Assembly: GCA_013239625.1 (NCBI GenBank)
Contig: MU053444.1
Span: forward strand, 451,822 to 472,706
Direction: 5' to 3'
Origin: Lama guanicoe
Lineage: Eukaryota
DNA length: 20,885 nt
How positions within the stretch are numbered: position 1 is the first letter of the stretch; each line of letters starts with the position of its first letter. Positions 1 through 9,712 of this stretch are shown here, in pieces. The notes beneath the pieces are model-generated. The model saw only the letters and a list, made by a program, of their open reading frames with translations, did no database searches and had not been told where the DNA came from. A program made the translations under genes and the position numbers.

Positions 1-29
1 AGGGCAGCCCAAGCAGATGAATTCAGGAC

Positions 30-262
30 CCTAATGGATGGGACTATAGGAGGAAGGTTGTAGTAACTGACCATGAGGTATTATTTTTTCCATGTCTAAG
101 AACAGGCAAAATCAGAGTGTCAAACAGAAAAGTAGTGGGAATAATCATTTCTCTATTAATTAGGTTTGGTATAATAACTTTTGATACATGAATGCCCTAT
201 TTTATCTTACTGGGCCACGTTAACTATTTTAACTAGAGGTCCATGGATTTCCATTTTATCAA
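30..262 (-). pseudogene. pol: ERVL-like reverse transcriptase N-terminus, frameshifted remnant
   Basis: Minus-strand translation, across frameshifts: IKWKSMDL..PLVKIVNVAQ*..IIPNLINREMIIPTTFLFDTLILPVLRHGKN..LMVSYYNLPPIVPSI. This resembles ERVL KWKPLELP..KIVNQKQY..GVVIPTTSPFNSPIWPV.K..WRMTVDY.KLN. Confidence 0.8.
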
Positions 263-316
263 GCCAGTTTGTAAGTGCCAAAGATTTACTAAAATTTTAA
301 TGTTTTATTTATTGTT

Positions 317-520
317 AGAGCATCTATTCCCAATATGGGATATTTGAAAACAATAGGTACTATGACTATGGAAAATTTAGGTGACACAACAGTTAAAGTG
401 AGGTTTACCTATTTTCCCTATGTTTTATATTTAGTTTACGCTCCTAAGATTATAGATTGTACAATGTTTAAATTTAGTGGTATCCATAGGTATATTTGTG
501 TCCCAGTATTAATGAAGTCC
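317..520 (-). pseudogene. pro: ERVL-like aspartic protease remnant
   Basis: DFINTGTQI (degraded DTG catalytic motif; NTG at 502-510) and PKFSIVIVPIVFKYPILGIDAL (ILGxD motif at about 317-336). Confidence 0.8.
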
Positions 521-2082
521 ATGAAGTTTTGTCAGTTGGAACATTTTAGAAAATAATAAAGTTAATTTACAATCTGTGTTAGAGGCACAAAAACCAATCA
601 AAATCCTTTTATCTTTTTTTTACAGAAAGCATTTTAGTTTATAGACTTCATATAGAAACTTAGGACATCCAATTGGGTCAAATTATGGACCATTCTTTTA
701 ATATAATTCTGTGTTATATACACATATATAATTTATTTACTATATTAATATTAAAATATCATATGTATCATTTATTTCATTATCTTTGATTTTTCTCCCT
801 TATCTAAGGTTTTTCCCTTTTTTTTAAAGCTTTTATTTGCTTGAAGATGTGCTTTTCAGTTTTTTTCTCTGCTGATAAGACAAATGGAAGGAGGGGGAGT
901 GGCCAGGTGGCTCTAGGCAGCAGCTTTTACCTGATACAGCCCCTCTCTGCATTATAATCAGCTCCTTTCCCCCTAACCTTTTAACTCTTAAACAAACTCT
1001 TTTAGAATAGCTTGTATCTTTAAGTGGATTGTCCCCTGTCTGTCTCTGATCAGACCCCTTTGGGTATTTACCTGAAAATTCCTAGTGATCCTTGGTGGCT
1101 TTCACTGTGAGTGATGGCCTCCCTTGGTGGTCAACAGGATGTCTACTTGACCTCAGAATGTCTGGCATTTACATCCAAGAGCACAGGAATGGCATCAGCT
1201 TTAGATGTCAGGTTTTTTTTGTTTTGAGTCTAAGACCTTTTGTATACTTATTAGCAGCAGCACTTAAGATATCTCATGCACATTGATTAGGTATTTTAAC
1301 TTTTTTTATTAACTGGAACACATCCTTGGGAGTTTTGGGGGAGTCACAACCAGATATTCCTTTCCTTTTGTCTTTTTCATTAAACATTGGGTCATTGATA
1401 TCCAGGGAGGGCTCTGGGGATGGGCTCTATTATATCTTATATCCTTGGGTCTGGGATCAAACTGTGACAGCAGCAAGGCAGACAACAGAAGAGGTCTTTG
1501 CATCAACATAACATTTGTGGGGAGCCATGGTCTCCATGGGATGCATGCCCACAAACTGAGAGCCAGTAGGTCCTTTCAGTGTGAAGATGCCTACTCAGGC
1601 AGTCTTCTGCTACCTAATAAACCAGGCTAGTACATCTTTTACATACAAGTAATATAAGGAAGACTATTGGAGCAGCCCTTATCAACACTGTACCTGAAGG
1701 ACAACAGATAGGGCTCACTCATCAGGTGAAGGCAAGGGAGTAACTGTTCCTGTCCCTTTAGGTGACCTTTGCTCAGTACAATGGCCAGTTATCCTAAATT
1801 TCCCTGGAGACCTCATTCAGATTAGGTACATCACAAACACATAGGGACCAACTGGGGACCTCTGTGCTCAGACTATAGCATCCCAAGCTAAGAAGTGTGG
1901 ATTCAGCTTTTTGAGCTCTGACAATTGAATTGGATAAGCTGAGAAACCCAACAGACACAATACAATGTGGTGGCTGCTAAATCACAAGTGTGCCAACAAC
2001 CAGCAGTGCCTCCTCAAGCAGTATTTGTGGTCAGTTGGATACGGTTAGTAAGAGATGTATCATTCCCATCCATCACTGAATG

Positions 2083-2100
2083 ACCCTGCTCACTGCACCA
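2083..2100 (-). promoter_or_regulatory. Primer-binding site, tRNA-Ser(TGA)-like
   Basis: Minus strand TGGTGCAGTGAGCAGGGT, 2 nt after the LTR end (...TAACA). It differs from the recalled tRNA-Ser(TGA) 3' complement TGGCGCAGCGAGCAGGGT only by two CpG>TpG changes. Confidence 0.8.
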
Positions 2101-2102
2101 AC

Positions 2103-2535
2103 TGTTAAGATTCACCTGGGATTTGTTTTAATCAAGTATAGTAAAATGAGACATGGAGACAACTGCCCTTGAAGGAAAACTTTATTATTTGCAATTTATC
2201 AAGAGGAAGGGACACACCACACCATCCAGGGCCACACAGGGAAGCACCAGGGATGGCCAAGAGACAGAGACATGAAGGAAAATCATGAATGGTGGTAATA
2301 AGCTATAGTAACCCAACTATACTATGTAAGGTGAGGAAGTGCCATACTGGGACCTACTGAGCAGGAAGCAAAACACAGATGTTGGGGTTTATGGTGGAAG
2401 GGTTTGTAATATGATTTTTATGTACCTGTGGAAACACAGGAGTGATATGTATGTAAACATCTTTAGCCATTAGCTTGGCCCATGATTTGAAGATGCTAAA
2501 CCATCAATTACACAATATCAAAAATGATTGCCACA
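2103..2535 (-). mobile_element. 5' LTR of the class III provirus (MER76-like group)
   Basis: TG...CA termini, minus-strand AATAAA at 2181-2186, adjacent PBS, and a CAGGGCCACACAGGGAAGCACCAGGG motif typical of old ERVL LTRs. L1 sequence begins at 2536. Confidence 0.7.
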
Positions 2536-2810
2536 GTAACACATCATACTAACAGGATAAACTCAAATTGTTATCTCACTTTAACACATATGATTCTCTC
2601 AATAGATATGGGAAAACATTTGAGAAAATCAGCACCCTTTCATGACACAACCCACAACAAACTAGGAATAGAATAAAATTGCCTCAACTTAATAAAGGCC
2701 ATTTTTGAGAACCCACAGCTAACAACATGTTTGATGATTGAAGATGGTACTTGATGATGGAAGATAAAATGCTTTCCCCCTAAGATCAGGAAGAAGACAA
2801 GGATGTCCAC
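2536..2810 (+). mobile_element. Old L1 ORF2 (RT domain) fragment, part 1
   Basis: Degenerate match to HMIISIDAEKAFDKIQHPF..KLGIE..LNLIKAI.E.PTAN..AFPLRSGRRQGCP. Stops at ggatgtccac and resumes at 6005. Confidence 0.9.
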
Positions 2811-2894
2811 TATTGGGGAAATATAATTAAAACCAAAATCTTTCAAATTAGAAAAACTCTCCACAAAGGTGGAAGGGAAATAAAATATCATTTC
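2811..2894 (-). repeat. Truncated 3' LTR remnant (U5 end) of the ERV1 provirus
   Basis: agaaaaactctccacaaaggtggaagggaaataaaa resembles agagaaaacctttacacaaaagtagaaggcaaagaaaa at about 5364-5401 in the 5' LTR. Abuts the TSD. Confidence 0.65.
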
Positions 2895-3074
2895 TTAGAC
2901 CCAAAGTGATACATTGCTTTGTTTTAGCTTGGTGTGCTTGCCCAGCCTGGTGTGAGACTTCCACTCTCTACCATGCCCCTCTTCTTTCAAAAGGCCCATA
3001 GTGACCAGATTGGCTGTCTTTTCCCCAAGGAGCCCAGAGATTCTCCATCCAGAGGGCAGAATACTCCATTTCAG

Positions 3075-3340
3075 TTGCACATAGATCTCTCCCCAGTAGG
3101 TTTATAGATGAATAGGGAGAAATAAGAACACACATTCCTTAGTAAGAGGACATTATCTCATGGGAATTGTGGAGGAAAAGGAGCAAGTAAGGAGACTGAT
3201 TCAAAATACCAACAACCTGTAATGATTTCTTGCCACACAGAAAGTAAGAACTCTCTGAGGAAATTGTAGGATAAGTAGCACCAGGCTTTCTCAGAACAGG
3301 CAAAGAGATTAGCCTGAGGAAAAGGTACTGACACATATGG
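3075..3340 (-). pseudogene. pro: ERV1 protease remnant
   Basis: RKPGATYPTIS (degraded DTGAT), KSLQVVGILNQ, and FLISPYSSINLLGRDL (LLGRDL at 3082-3099). Confidence 0.8.
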
Positions 3341-3599
3341 TTTACCAGTTCCCACCACCAGGATTCTCTCAATCTGTCCAATTTTGAGCCACTTGCCAAG
3401 TATTTCCTATCTGAAAGTTTTGTTCATCCAGGTTCTCCTGATTCTCTTGTCCCTGAAATCCCTGAATACTGCAGAGTCTCTTCCTAGAATCCCTTCCTTT
3501 GATCCTTTCATAGGTTGACCAGAGTAGGAATTACTAGTTTTAGTAAAGAATTCTAACTGAGCAGCCAACACAGAAGTCTAATTTGTTCTTTTCTTTTTT

Positions 3600-4400
3600 G
3601 TCTTTCTCTAGATTGTCCCCAAATTAAGTAGCTGCTGCTAAGATTTGACTAACAGTCTGTTCTTGCCACCCTAATAGTTTTCCTTAATTTGGATGTGAAT
3701 AGTTAGCAAAAGAGCCAAAACAAACAAACAAACAAACAAAAACCAGAGCATATTTTGGTCTGCCTCCAGGGTAACAGCAGGGAATTCTGAGAAAGCTTCA
3801 ATAAACCACTGATGGAAATCAACAGGGGACTCACCTGTCTTCTGGGCAAGCTCTTGTGACATCTCCCAGCTCACCTTTAGTGGAAAGGCTTCAAGTACAG
3901 CTCTTAGCAGCCCTTCTCAATGAGTTCTTAACTCCCTATTTATTCCATAGCTATAGGGGATGGGGCGGCAGATAGTCTGCTTCCCTTGGCCACCGTATCC
4001 CTCTATGTTGTGCTCTTCCAGACCCTAATCTAATGTGATTGCTCTATCAAAGGAGCAAAATCTGCTAATTGCAGAATTCCATGCAGCTGCTGGTTGTTAA
4101 ATGCTGTGCAGTAATCAGAGTACATTCCCATGTGTACGCTGTACACTGAAAACACACTGAGATGTACTTCTGTGAAATTCTGGGGCATGGGGAAAAGAAG
4201 CCTTTAAATAAGGAACATCAGCTGGTGAGAAAGATGTCTGCATTACCCAGGAGTTCTGGGTAGCTTCTCAATGGCATCAGTTTTGCTGGTGATCCAGTTA
4301 GGATGGGCTGGCTTCCTTCACATTAACACAGGAAAAATGTGAGTCACGTGAGCACTTTGGTTTCCCTTTGTGTGTTTACATTAATTAGGGTAATACCTTG
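3600..4400 (-). pseudogene. gag: ERV1 gag capsid remnant (boundaries approximate)
   Basis: Major-homology-region-like sequence AQKTGESPVDFHQWFIEAF in ORF 3671-3874, preceded by AVLEAFPLKVSW. Confidence 0.7.
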
Positions 4401-5315
4401 TTGATTGGCCTTTTTCCAAGTGCCAAGCACAGCTATTCTCCATCTGTTGCCTTCCTATGCAGACATGCAATTTTATCCAAGCTCTTAATCTTTCTGTGAT
4501 TCTCTCTTTATCTTTTCTGTCTTTCTAGCTACATGGTGTGTGGATAATAGAGGACTCCTGAAAAGATAATCCTGTCTAAGGCATTAAGTGGACTCAGCCT
4601 AGGCCATGAAGTACATAACTCTGTGCCTTCAAACTGAGCAGGCAATTTATTACCAGCTAAAGAAATTGTGCTCTAAAGGGAACCACCCATCTCAAAGATT
4701 ACCACCTCCCTCTTTCCCTGAGTCAGTTTAAGGCATGGAGAGGTGAACAGGGAGGGAGACATTCAGGGGAAGCAGAAAAAGCATGGAGGGCCCAACAGAG
4801 TGAGGAGGAGCAATGGTCTGTGAAAGAGAAACTGCCTTTAATTCTCACATTTTCTCTTCTATTTTTTAAAATATTTCCTTCTGGCTCTCCCAAAATTTTT
4901 TTTTAACTTTCCTCTTAGAATGATTAGAATGGTGTTCATCCCATAAATATAATTAACTGATTTACTGGGATAAAGCCCTTCTAAAAATCTTTGCAAATCA
5001 AAAGAATTGTCCACTTGTCACTGTGCATGCCCATCCCAAGTATGACAGTTTAAAAAAGGACCTTACAGGCAGCATCCCTAGCTTCCTGTATTTTCTAACC
5101 ATATGGTGACCCTGCTGAGATTTTAGAGCCCCTAATTATCTGCGCTTACTCAATAGTAAAACCTTGAATTTGGACAGGGTAGTTTGTTTGGCTAGTATAC
5201 CAAAAGAGCAGAGAGTTAGAAGGAAGAAGACTGTTTATATTTTAGGGCTTTTACTTGACTATATTGTGGCCACAGGTTTCCAGCTGATCTGCCCAAGTCA
5301 GGAACTGCCAGGCTC

Positions 5316-5333
5316 ATCCCATTCTCATCACCA
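5316..5333 (-). promoter_or_regulatory. Primer-binding site, tRNA-Ser(GCT)-like
   Basis: Minus strand TGGTGATGAGAATGGGAT versus recalled TGGCGACGAGGATGGGAT (15/18, two differences are CpG decay), 4 nt after the LTR end. Confidence 0.8.
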
Positions 5334-5337
5334 AAAC

Positions 5338-6004
5338 TGTCAGTGATAAAGTTTTGTCCCAACAGAGAAAACCTTTACACAAAAGTAGAAGGCAAAGAAA
5401 AGAATTTTTTATTGAATAAGCATTAAACCAGAAAATGATGCACATTACAGGCAATCTGCTAAGAGACTATAAAGACAGAAAGATATCACACATTTCTATG
5501 TAGTGAAACAGATACAACTCATTACACACATGTTCTCAAGATAAACAACTAGTCCTCAAGTAAGAAGACTGGACAGCACCATTTGTTGCATATAGTTTAT
5601 CCTAAATTCTCTTGGTAATTGGGATGACCATCTGTGTTAATTAATTGTACTTATAAAAGGAAAAATAAGCTTCTCATATCTTTATGACAGGAGGTAGTTT
5701 TGTAACTTGGAGCAGCACCCATCGAAGTTAGGCTCCCACGCTGCCACAGAAATTAAGTACTATCCCCCATGAAGTGTTCATTTCAAAGAGATGGCTCTGA
5801 GCCTCCTTGAAAAAGATATTCTAAGGGTTATAAGCTGCCATGAGGCTTTTAAAAAGAGTCATATTCATCTTAAAGGGGTAAAGAATTTACAACTATAAGT
5901 TTATGAGAGAATATGCTGTAAGGAAAAGAAAGGGGGACATCTTTTCCTTTATTTTTAAGAGAGAATATTAAGTTTCTTATTCTTCATTTATATTTGTCCT
6001 TACA
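5338..6004 (-). mobile_element. ERV1 5' LTR (about 667 bp; MER4-group/MER89-like, family uncertain)
   Basis: On the minus strand begins TGTAAGGACAAAT and ends ...CTGACA. AATAAA at 5408-5413 (minus), followed by the PBS and bounded by the TSD. Confidence 0.8.
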
Positions 6005-6445
6005 CCACTCTCACCACTACTAGTTAATTTTGCACTGAAGGTCTCAGGGCTATTAGGTAAGAAAATGGAATAAAAGTCATACAGATGGGAAATTAAAAGG
6101 TAAAGCTACCTCTACATGCAGATGACATGACCTTGTATACAGAAAAATCTTAGAAACCCACTGAAAAATATCAGAACTAATCAATGAGTTCAGCAAAGTT
6201 ACAAGATACACGATCAATTTACAAACATCTATTGAACTTGCATACATTAGCAATGAGCAATCCAAAAACAAATATAAGATAAAAAACTCATTTGCAATAG
6301 CATCAAAAAGAGTTCTTAGGAATGAATTTAACAAAAGAAAATGAAAGAGAAAATTTACAGTGAAATTTTCTTACAGTGAAAACTGAAGAACTTGCACAAG
6401 ATTTGCCTAATGAAAACTTCATTGAAAGATTTTAAAAGATCTAAA
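6005..6445 (+). mobile_element. Old L1 ORF2 (RT domain) fragment, part 2
   Basis: PLSPLL..KVKLPLHADDMTLY (the FADD catalytic motif)..ELINEFSKVTRYTINLQTS. Colinear with 2536-2810. Confidence 0.9.
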
Positions 6446-6449
6446 TATG

Positions 6450-7390
6450 AAGTCAAGACTGATGTCTGCAAGATGGCAAAAATAAAGTTGTAGGCTTGTC
6501 TCTCCACAGAAACACCAATTTAACAACAACCCATGGATGAAAATAACTTCAAGAGAGCTCCAAAATCCAGATGAGAAGTTACAGCATACTGATGGAGCAC
6601 AAAAATGAAAAAAGATACACTGAAAATGGTAAGAGAAAGAGTCACATTATTCCTGCATCGCTTCTTCCCCTGGGCTGCAATGTGCAATACCAAAAGAGAT
6701 TCCTTCAGCCTATGAATTCTCCTGTGGAAGAAAGAGAGCAAAGTGAATGTCCAATTTCACTGCAGGTCCCAGCACTGGGCCCGTCCACCTACAGACCCTG
6801 ACAACTAGGGCTTTCCCTGACAATGCTAGTCTGTAAAGACTGGAAGAGGTGATTTCTTCTTCAAACACACAGATACTAACACAAGTCTACATGAATAACA
6901 AAGAATTAGGGAAACAACTCCACCATAGGAAAAAAATAAAGCTCTGGTGACCAACATTAAAGAAATGGAGATCTATGAACTGCCTGACAGAATTCAAAAT
7001 ATTCACCTTAAAGAAGCTCAGTTAGCTACAAAAGAACACAGACAAACAGCTAAAAGAAATCAGAAAAACAGTATATGAATGGAATCAGAATTTCAACAGA
7101 AAGAAACCCTAAAAAGGAACCAAATTCTGGAGCTAAGGATACAAAGACTGTGCTGAACATTTCAATGGAGAGAGCCTCAACAATTGACCCAATCAAGCAG
7201 AAGAAAGAATAAGTGAACTCACAGCCAGGTCATTTGAAATCACCCAGAGGAACATAAACAAAAAATCCAAAAGATGAAAAAGAATGAAGAAACCCTATGG
7301 GACTTATGGAATATCAAGAAAAATCAATATTTGCATTATTTTTTGAAATGACTTGAATGACAAAAGAAAGAGAAAAGGGCAGATATATTT
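6450..7390 (+). mobile_element. L1M (L1M2/L1M3-type) 5' end: internally deleted 5'UTR and ORF1 N-terminal/coiled-coil remnant
   Basis: CAAGATGGC YY1-type motif at 6469-6477; KEMEIYELPD.., NQAEERISEL.., KKNEETLWDLW are typical of ORF1p. Confidence 0.82.
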
Positions 7391-7392
7391 GT

Positions 7393-7698
7393 ATGTCAAA
7401 GGGTGGGAAATTAATCTGAAAAAAAATTCAGGGAAATTTAACCTTAGTGAAATTTCTAGGGTTCAATGGCATGGAGCATGTCAAGATATCCTTTCTACAC
7501 ATGCTTAGAGTGTCAGTGGCAGATAGGGATGCTGTATGGGATCTTTGACCAGCCCATACAGGTGACTCACAGCACAGGTCTTTAGGATTTTGAAGTATGC
7601 CCCACCATCATTTGAAGATAACTGTTCTCCTTTTGAGAAACAGCTTTGGCCTATAGGGATTAAATGTATAACCATGGGCCACCAAGTTGCATGCAACC
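7393..7698 (+). pseudogene. pol: ERVL (HERVL/ERVL-E-like) pol fragment 1: RT end and tether
   Basis: GWEINLKKIQG..LVKFLGVQWHGACQDI..SVADRDAVWDL..SQHRSLGF..DNCSPFEKQL..TMGHQV, with internal deletions. Confidence 0.9.
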
Positions 7699-8151
7699 TG
7701 TGATGGTTAATTTTCTGTATCAACTTGACTATGTCATAGGATACACAGATATTTGATCAAAAATTATTGTGTTTGTCCGTAAGGGTGTTTTTGAATGAGA
7801 TTAACATTTGAATCAGAGTAAAGCAGATTACTGTCCCTAATATTGGTTTTCCTCATGCAGACAGTTGAGGGCCTGAATAAAATAAAAAGACTAGCCATTC
7901 TAAGAGTAAGAGCGATCTCCTCCAGCTGGACCACATGATCTGAGATAGCAGTTTTTTCCTGGATTCAGATTTGGACTGGAATTATAGGATTGGCTCGCCT
8001 CAGCTTGCTGATTGCAGTACTTGGAACATCTCAGCTTCTGTAATCGTTAGCTAGTTCCTATAATAAACATATAAGGTCTGTTAGGGTGTGTATATTTATA
8101 TACACTTATATATCTCCTGTTGTTTCTGTTTCTCTGTAGAACCCTAATACA
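7699..8151 (+). mobile_element. MLT2 (MLT2C/D-like) solo LTR
   Basis: TGTGATGGTTAATTTT start and ...CTGTAGAACCCTAATACA end, AATAAA, and a degenerate 5-bp TSD (caacc / tagcc). Confidence 0.9.
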
Positions 8152-8317
8152 TAGCCTAACTTGCCCATAATGAATTGAGTGTTTCCCAACCCACAAAGCC
8201 ATAAAATTGGTCATGCAGAGCAGCACTGAATTATCAAATGGAAGTGGTATATATGAGACTGGGCTCAAGCAGACCCTGAAGGCACAAGTACATTTCATGA
8301 AGAAATGGACCAAATGC
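8152..8317 (+). pseudogene. pol: ERVL pol fragment 2
   Basis: LPIMN*VFPNPQSHKIGHAEQH*IIKWKWYI*DWAQADPEGTSTFHEEMDQM. Confidence 0.9.
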
Positions 8318-9426
8318 TAAACATTAAAGCTTTTGCACAGCTAAGGATACTATCAACAAAACAGAAAGACAACCTACAGAATAGGAGAAAATATTTGCAA
8401 ATGATGTGGCTGACAAGTGCCTACATTTCAAAATATACAAACAGCACATTCACCTTAATACCAAAAACAAAACAAAACAAAACAAAAACAACAACAAAAA
8501 AGCAACCCAATCAAAAAATGAGGAGAAGACCTAAATAGACATCTCTTCAAAGAGGACAGACTGATGGCCAATAAGCACATGAAAAGACGCTTAACATCAC
8601 TAAGTGTTAGAGAAATGCAAATGAAAACTACAAGATATCATCTCACATTAGTCAGAAATGCCATTAAGTAAAAAGTCCACAAATGATAAAAATTGGAGTG
8701 GGTGTGCAGGAAAAGCAACCCTCTTATGCTCTTGGTGGGAATGTAAATTGGTGCAGCCACTGTGGAGGACACTATGGAGGTTCCTTAGAAAACTAAAAAT
8801 AGACTTACCATGTGATCCAGCAGTCCCACTCCTGGGCATACACCCAGAGAGAAATATAATTCAAAAAAACACGTGTACCCCAATGTTCATGGCAGAACTG
8901 TCTGGAATAGCCAAGACATGGAAACAACCCAAAAGTCCATCAACAGATGACTAGATGAAGAAGATGTGGCATAATGTATGCAATGGAATGCTACTTGGCC
9001 ATTAAAAAGAATAAAATAATGCCATTTGCAGCAACATGGATGGAACTGGAGATCGTCATTCTACATAAAGTAAGCCAGAAAGAGAAAGGAAAATGCCATA
9101 TGGTATCACTTATATGTGGAATCTAAAAAAAAAAAAAACTTATTATTTATAAATTGGATGATTGAATTCTTGAATATGTGTAAGCATATTGTTCTTTATT
9201 ATTGGATTACTGCATTCTGTTGATTCTTAATTTGTGGTTGACTTTATTCCTTTGATAACTATGTAAGTTTAAAAAGCTAAAGCTCTAAAATGTTCCTAGA
9301 AACAATGAAGAGTACATATATGTAAATTTTAAAAATATGTGCAGTATATTGCATATATGTATTTACATGCAATATATTGTATATATGCTGCCAAAATTTA
9401 TCAATTTTACCTAATGCAACAAACAA
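8318..9426 (+). mobile_element. 5'-truncated lineage-specific L1 insertion: ORF2 C-terminus, start of the 3'UTR, then an unexplained 3' segment
   Basis: ORF 8658-8954 contains [36 protein letters not shown] (ORF2 Cys-rich region). Perfect 19-bp TSD GAAGAAATGGACCAAATGC at 8299-8317 and 9427-9445. Confidence 0.93.
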
Positions 9427-9712
9427 GAAGAAATGGACCAAATGCCCATGGTCCCCATTCCTGCTATACTACCTTCTCCCTCCCAGAATGCATCTGTGTT
9501 CTCATGGGGAGTTGTCTAGAACCAGTGGACAGAGAAAAGAGAGAACTAGGACCTCGTTTACATATGGTCCTGTAAAATACGTAGGCATTTACCGAAAGTG
9601 AGCAACTGCAGCACTGCAGGCCCTTTCTGAAACATTCTTGAGCAAATCATGAAGGGAAATCATCCTAGTGGTTAGAATTTCAAAAAATGCCCCTGGTTGT
9701 TCATTTTGCTTG
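9427..9712 (+). pseudogene. pol: ERVL pol fragment 3: RNase H N-terminus
   Basis: MPMVPIPAILPSPSQ..SWGV..RTRTSFTYGPVKYVG (degraded WFTDGS)..EGKSS*WLEF..LVVHFA. Confidence 0.88.

Larger units (their letters stand above)
1..2100 (-). mobile_element. Internal region (leader, gag, pro, start of pol) of a decayed class III ERVL-like provirus; continues off the left edge
   Basis: Lies directly downstream (minus strand) of an LTR and PBS. Protease and RT motifs are readable at 30-520. The gag region is inferred mostly from its position. Confidence 0.8.
2811..6004 (-). mobile_element. Deleted class I (ERV1) provirus: 5' LTR, PBS, gag, pro and a stub of the 3' LTR
   Basis: Flanked by the 4-bp TSD CCAC (2807-2810 and 6005-6008) inside the L1 codons for QGCPLSPLL. 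Gag MHR and protease motifs are readable. Confidence 0.88.

Noticed and set aside
2731..2765. Short tandem duplication ttgatgattgaagat / ttgatgatggaagat
   Set aside because: A local slippage-type duplication within a dead L1; two units only, not an array.
8658..8954. 98-aa ORF as a functional CDS
   Set aside because: It is the L1 ORF2 C-terminal segment of a 5'-truncated copy with stops and frameshifts on both sides.
9335..9386. 20-bp hairpin (three G-U pairs, 12-nt loop) as a pre-miRNA
   Set aside because: Built from alternating TA/CA/TG low-complexity sequence that is trivially self-complementary; no other support.
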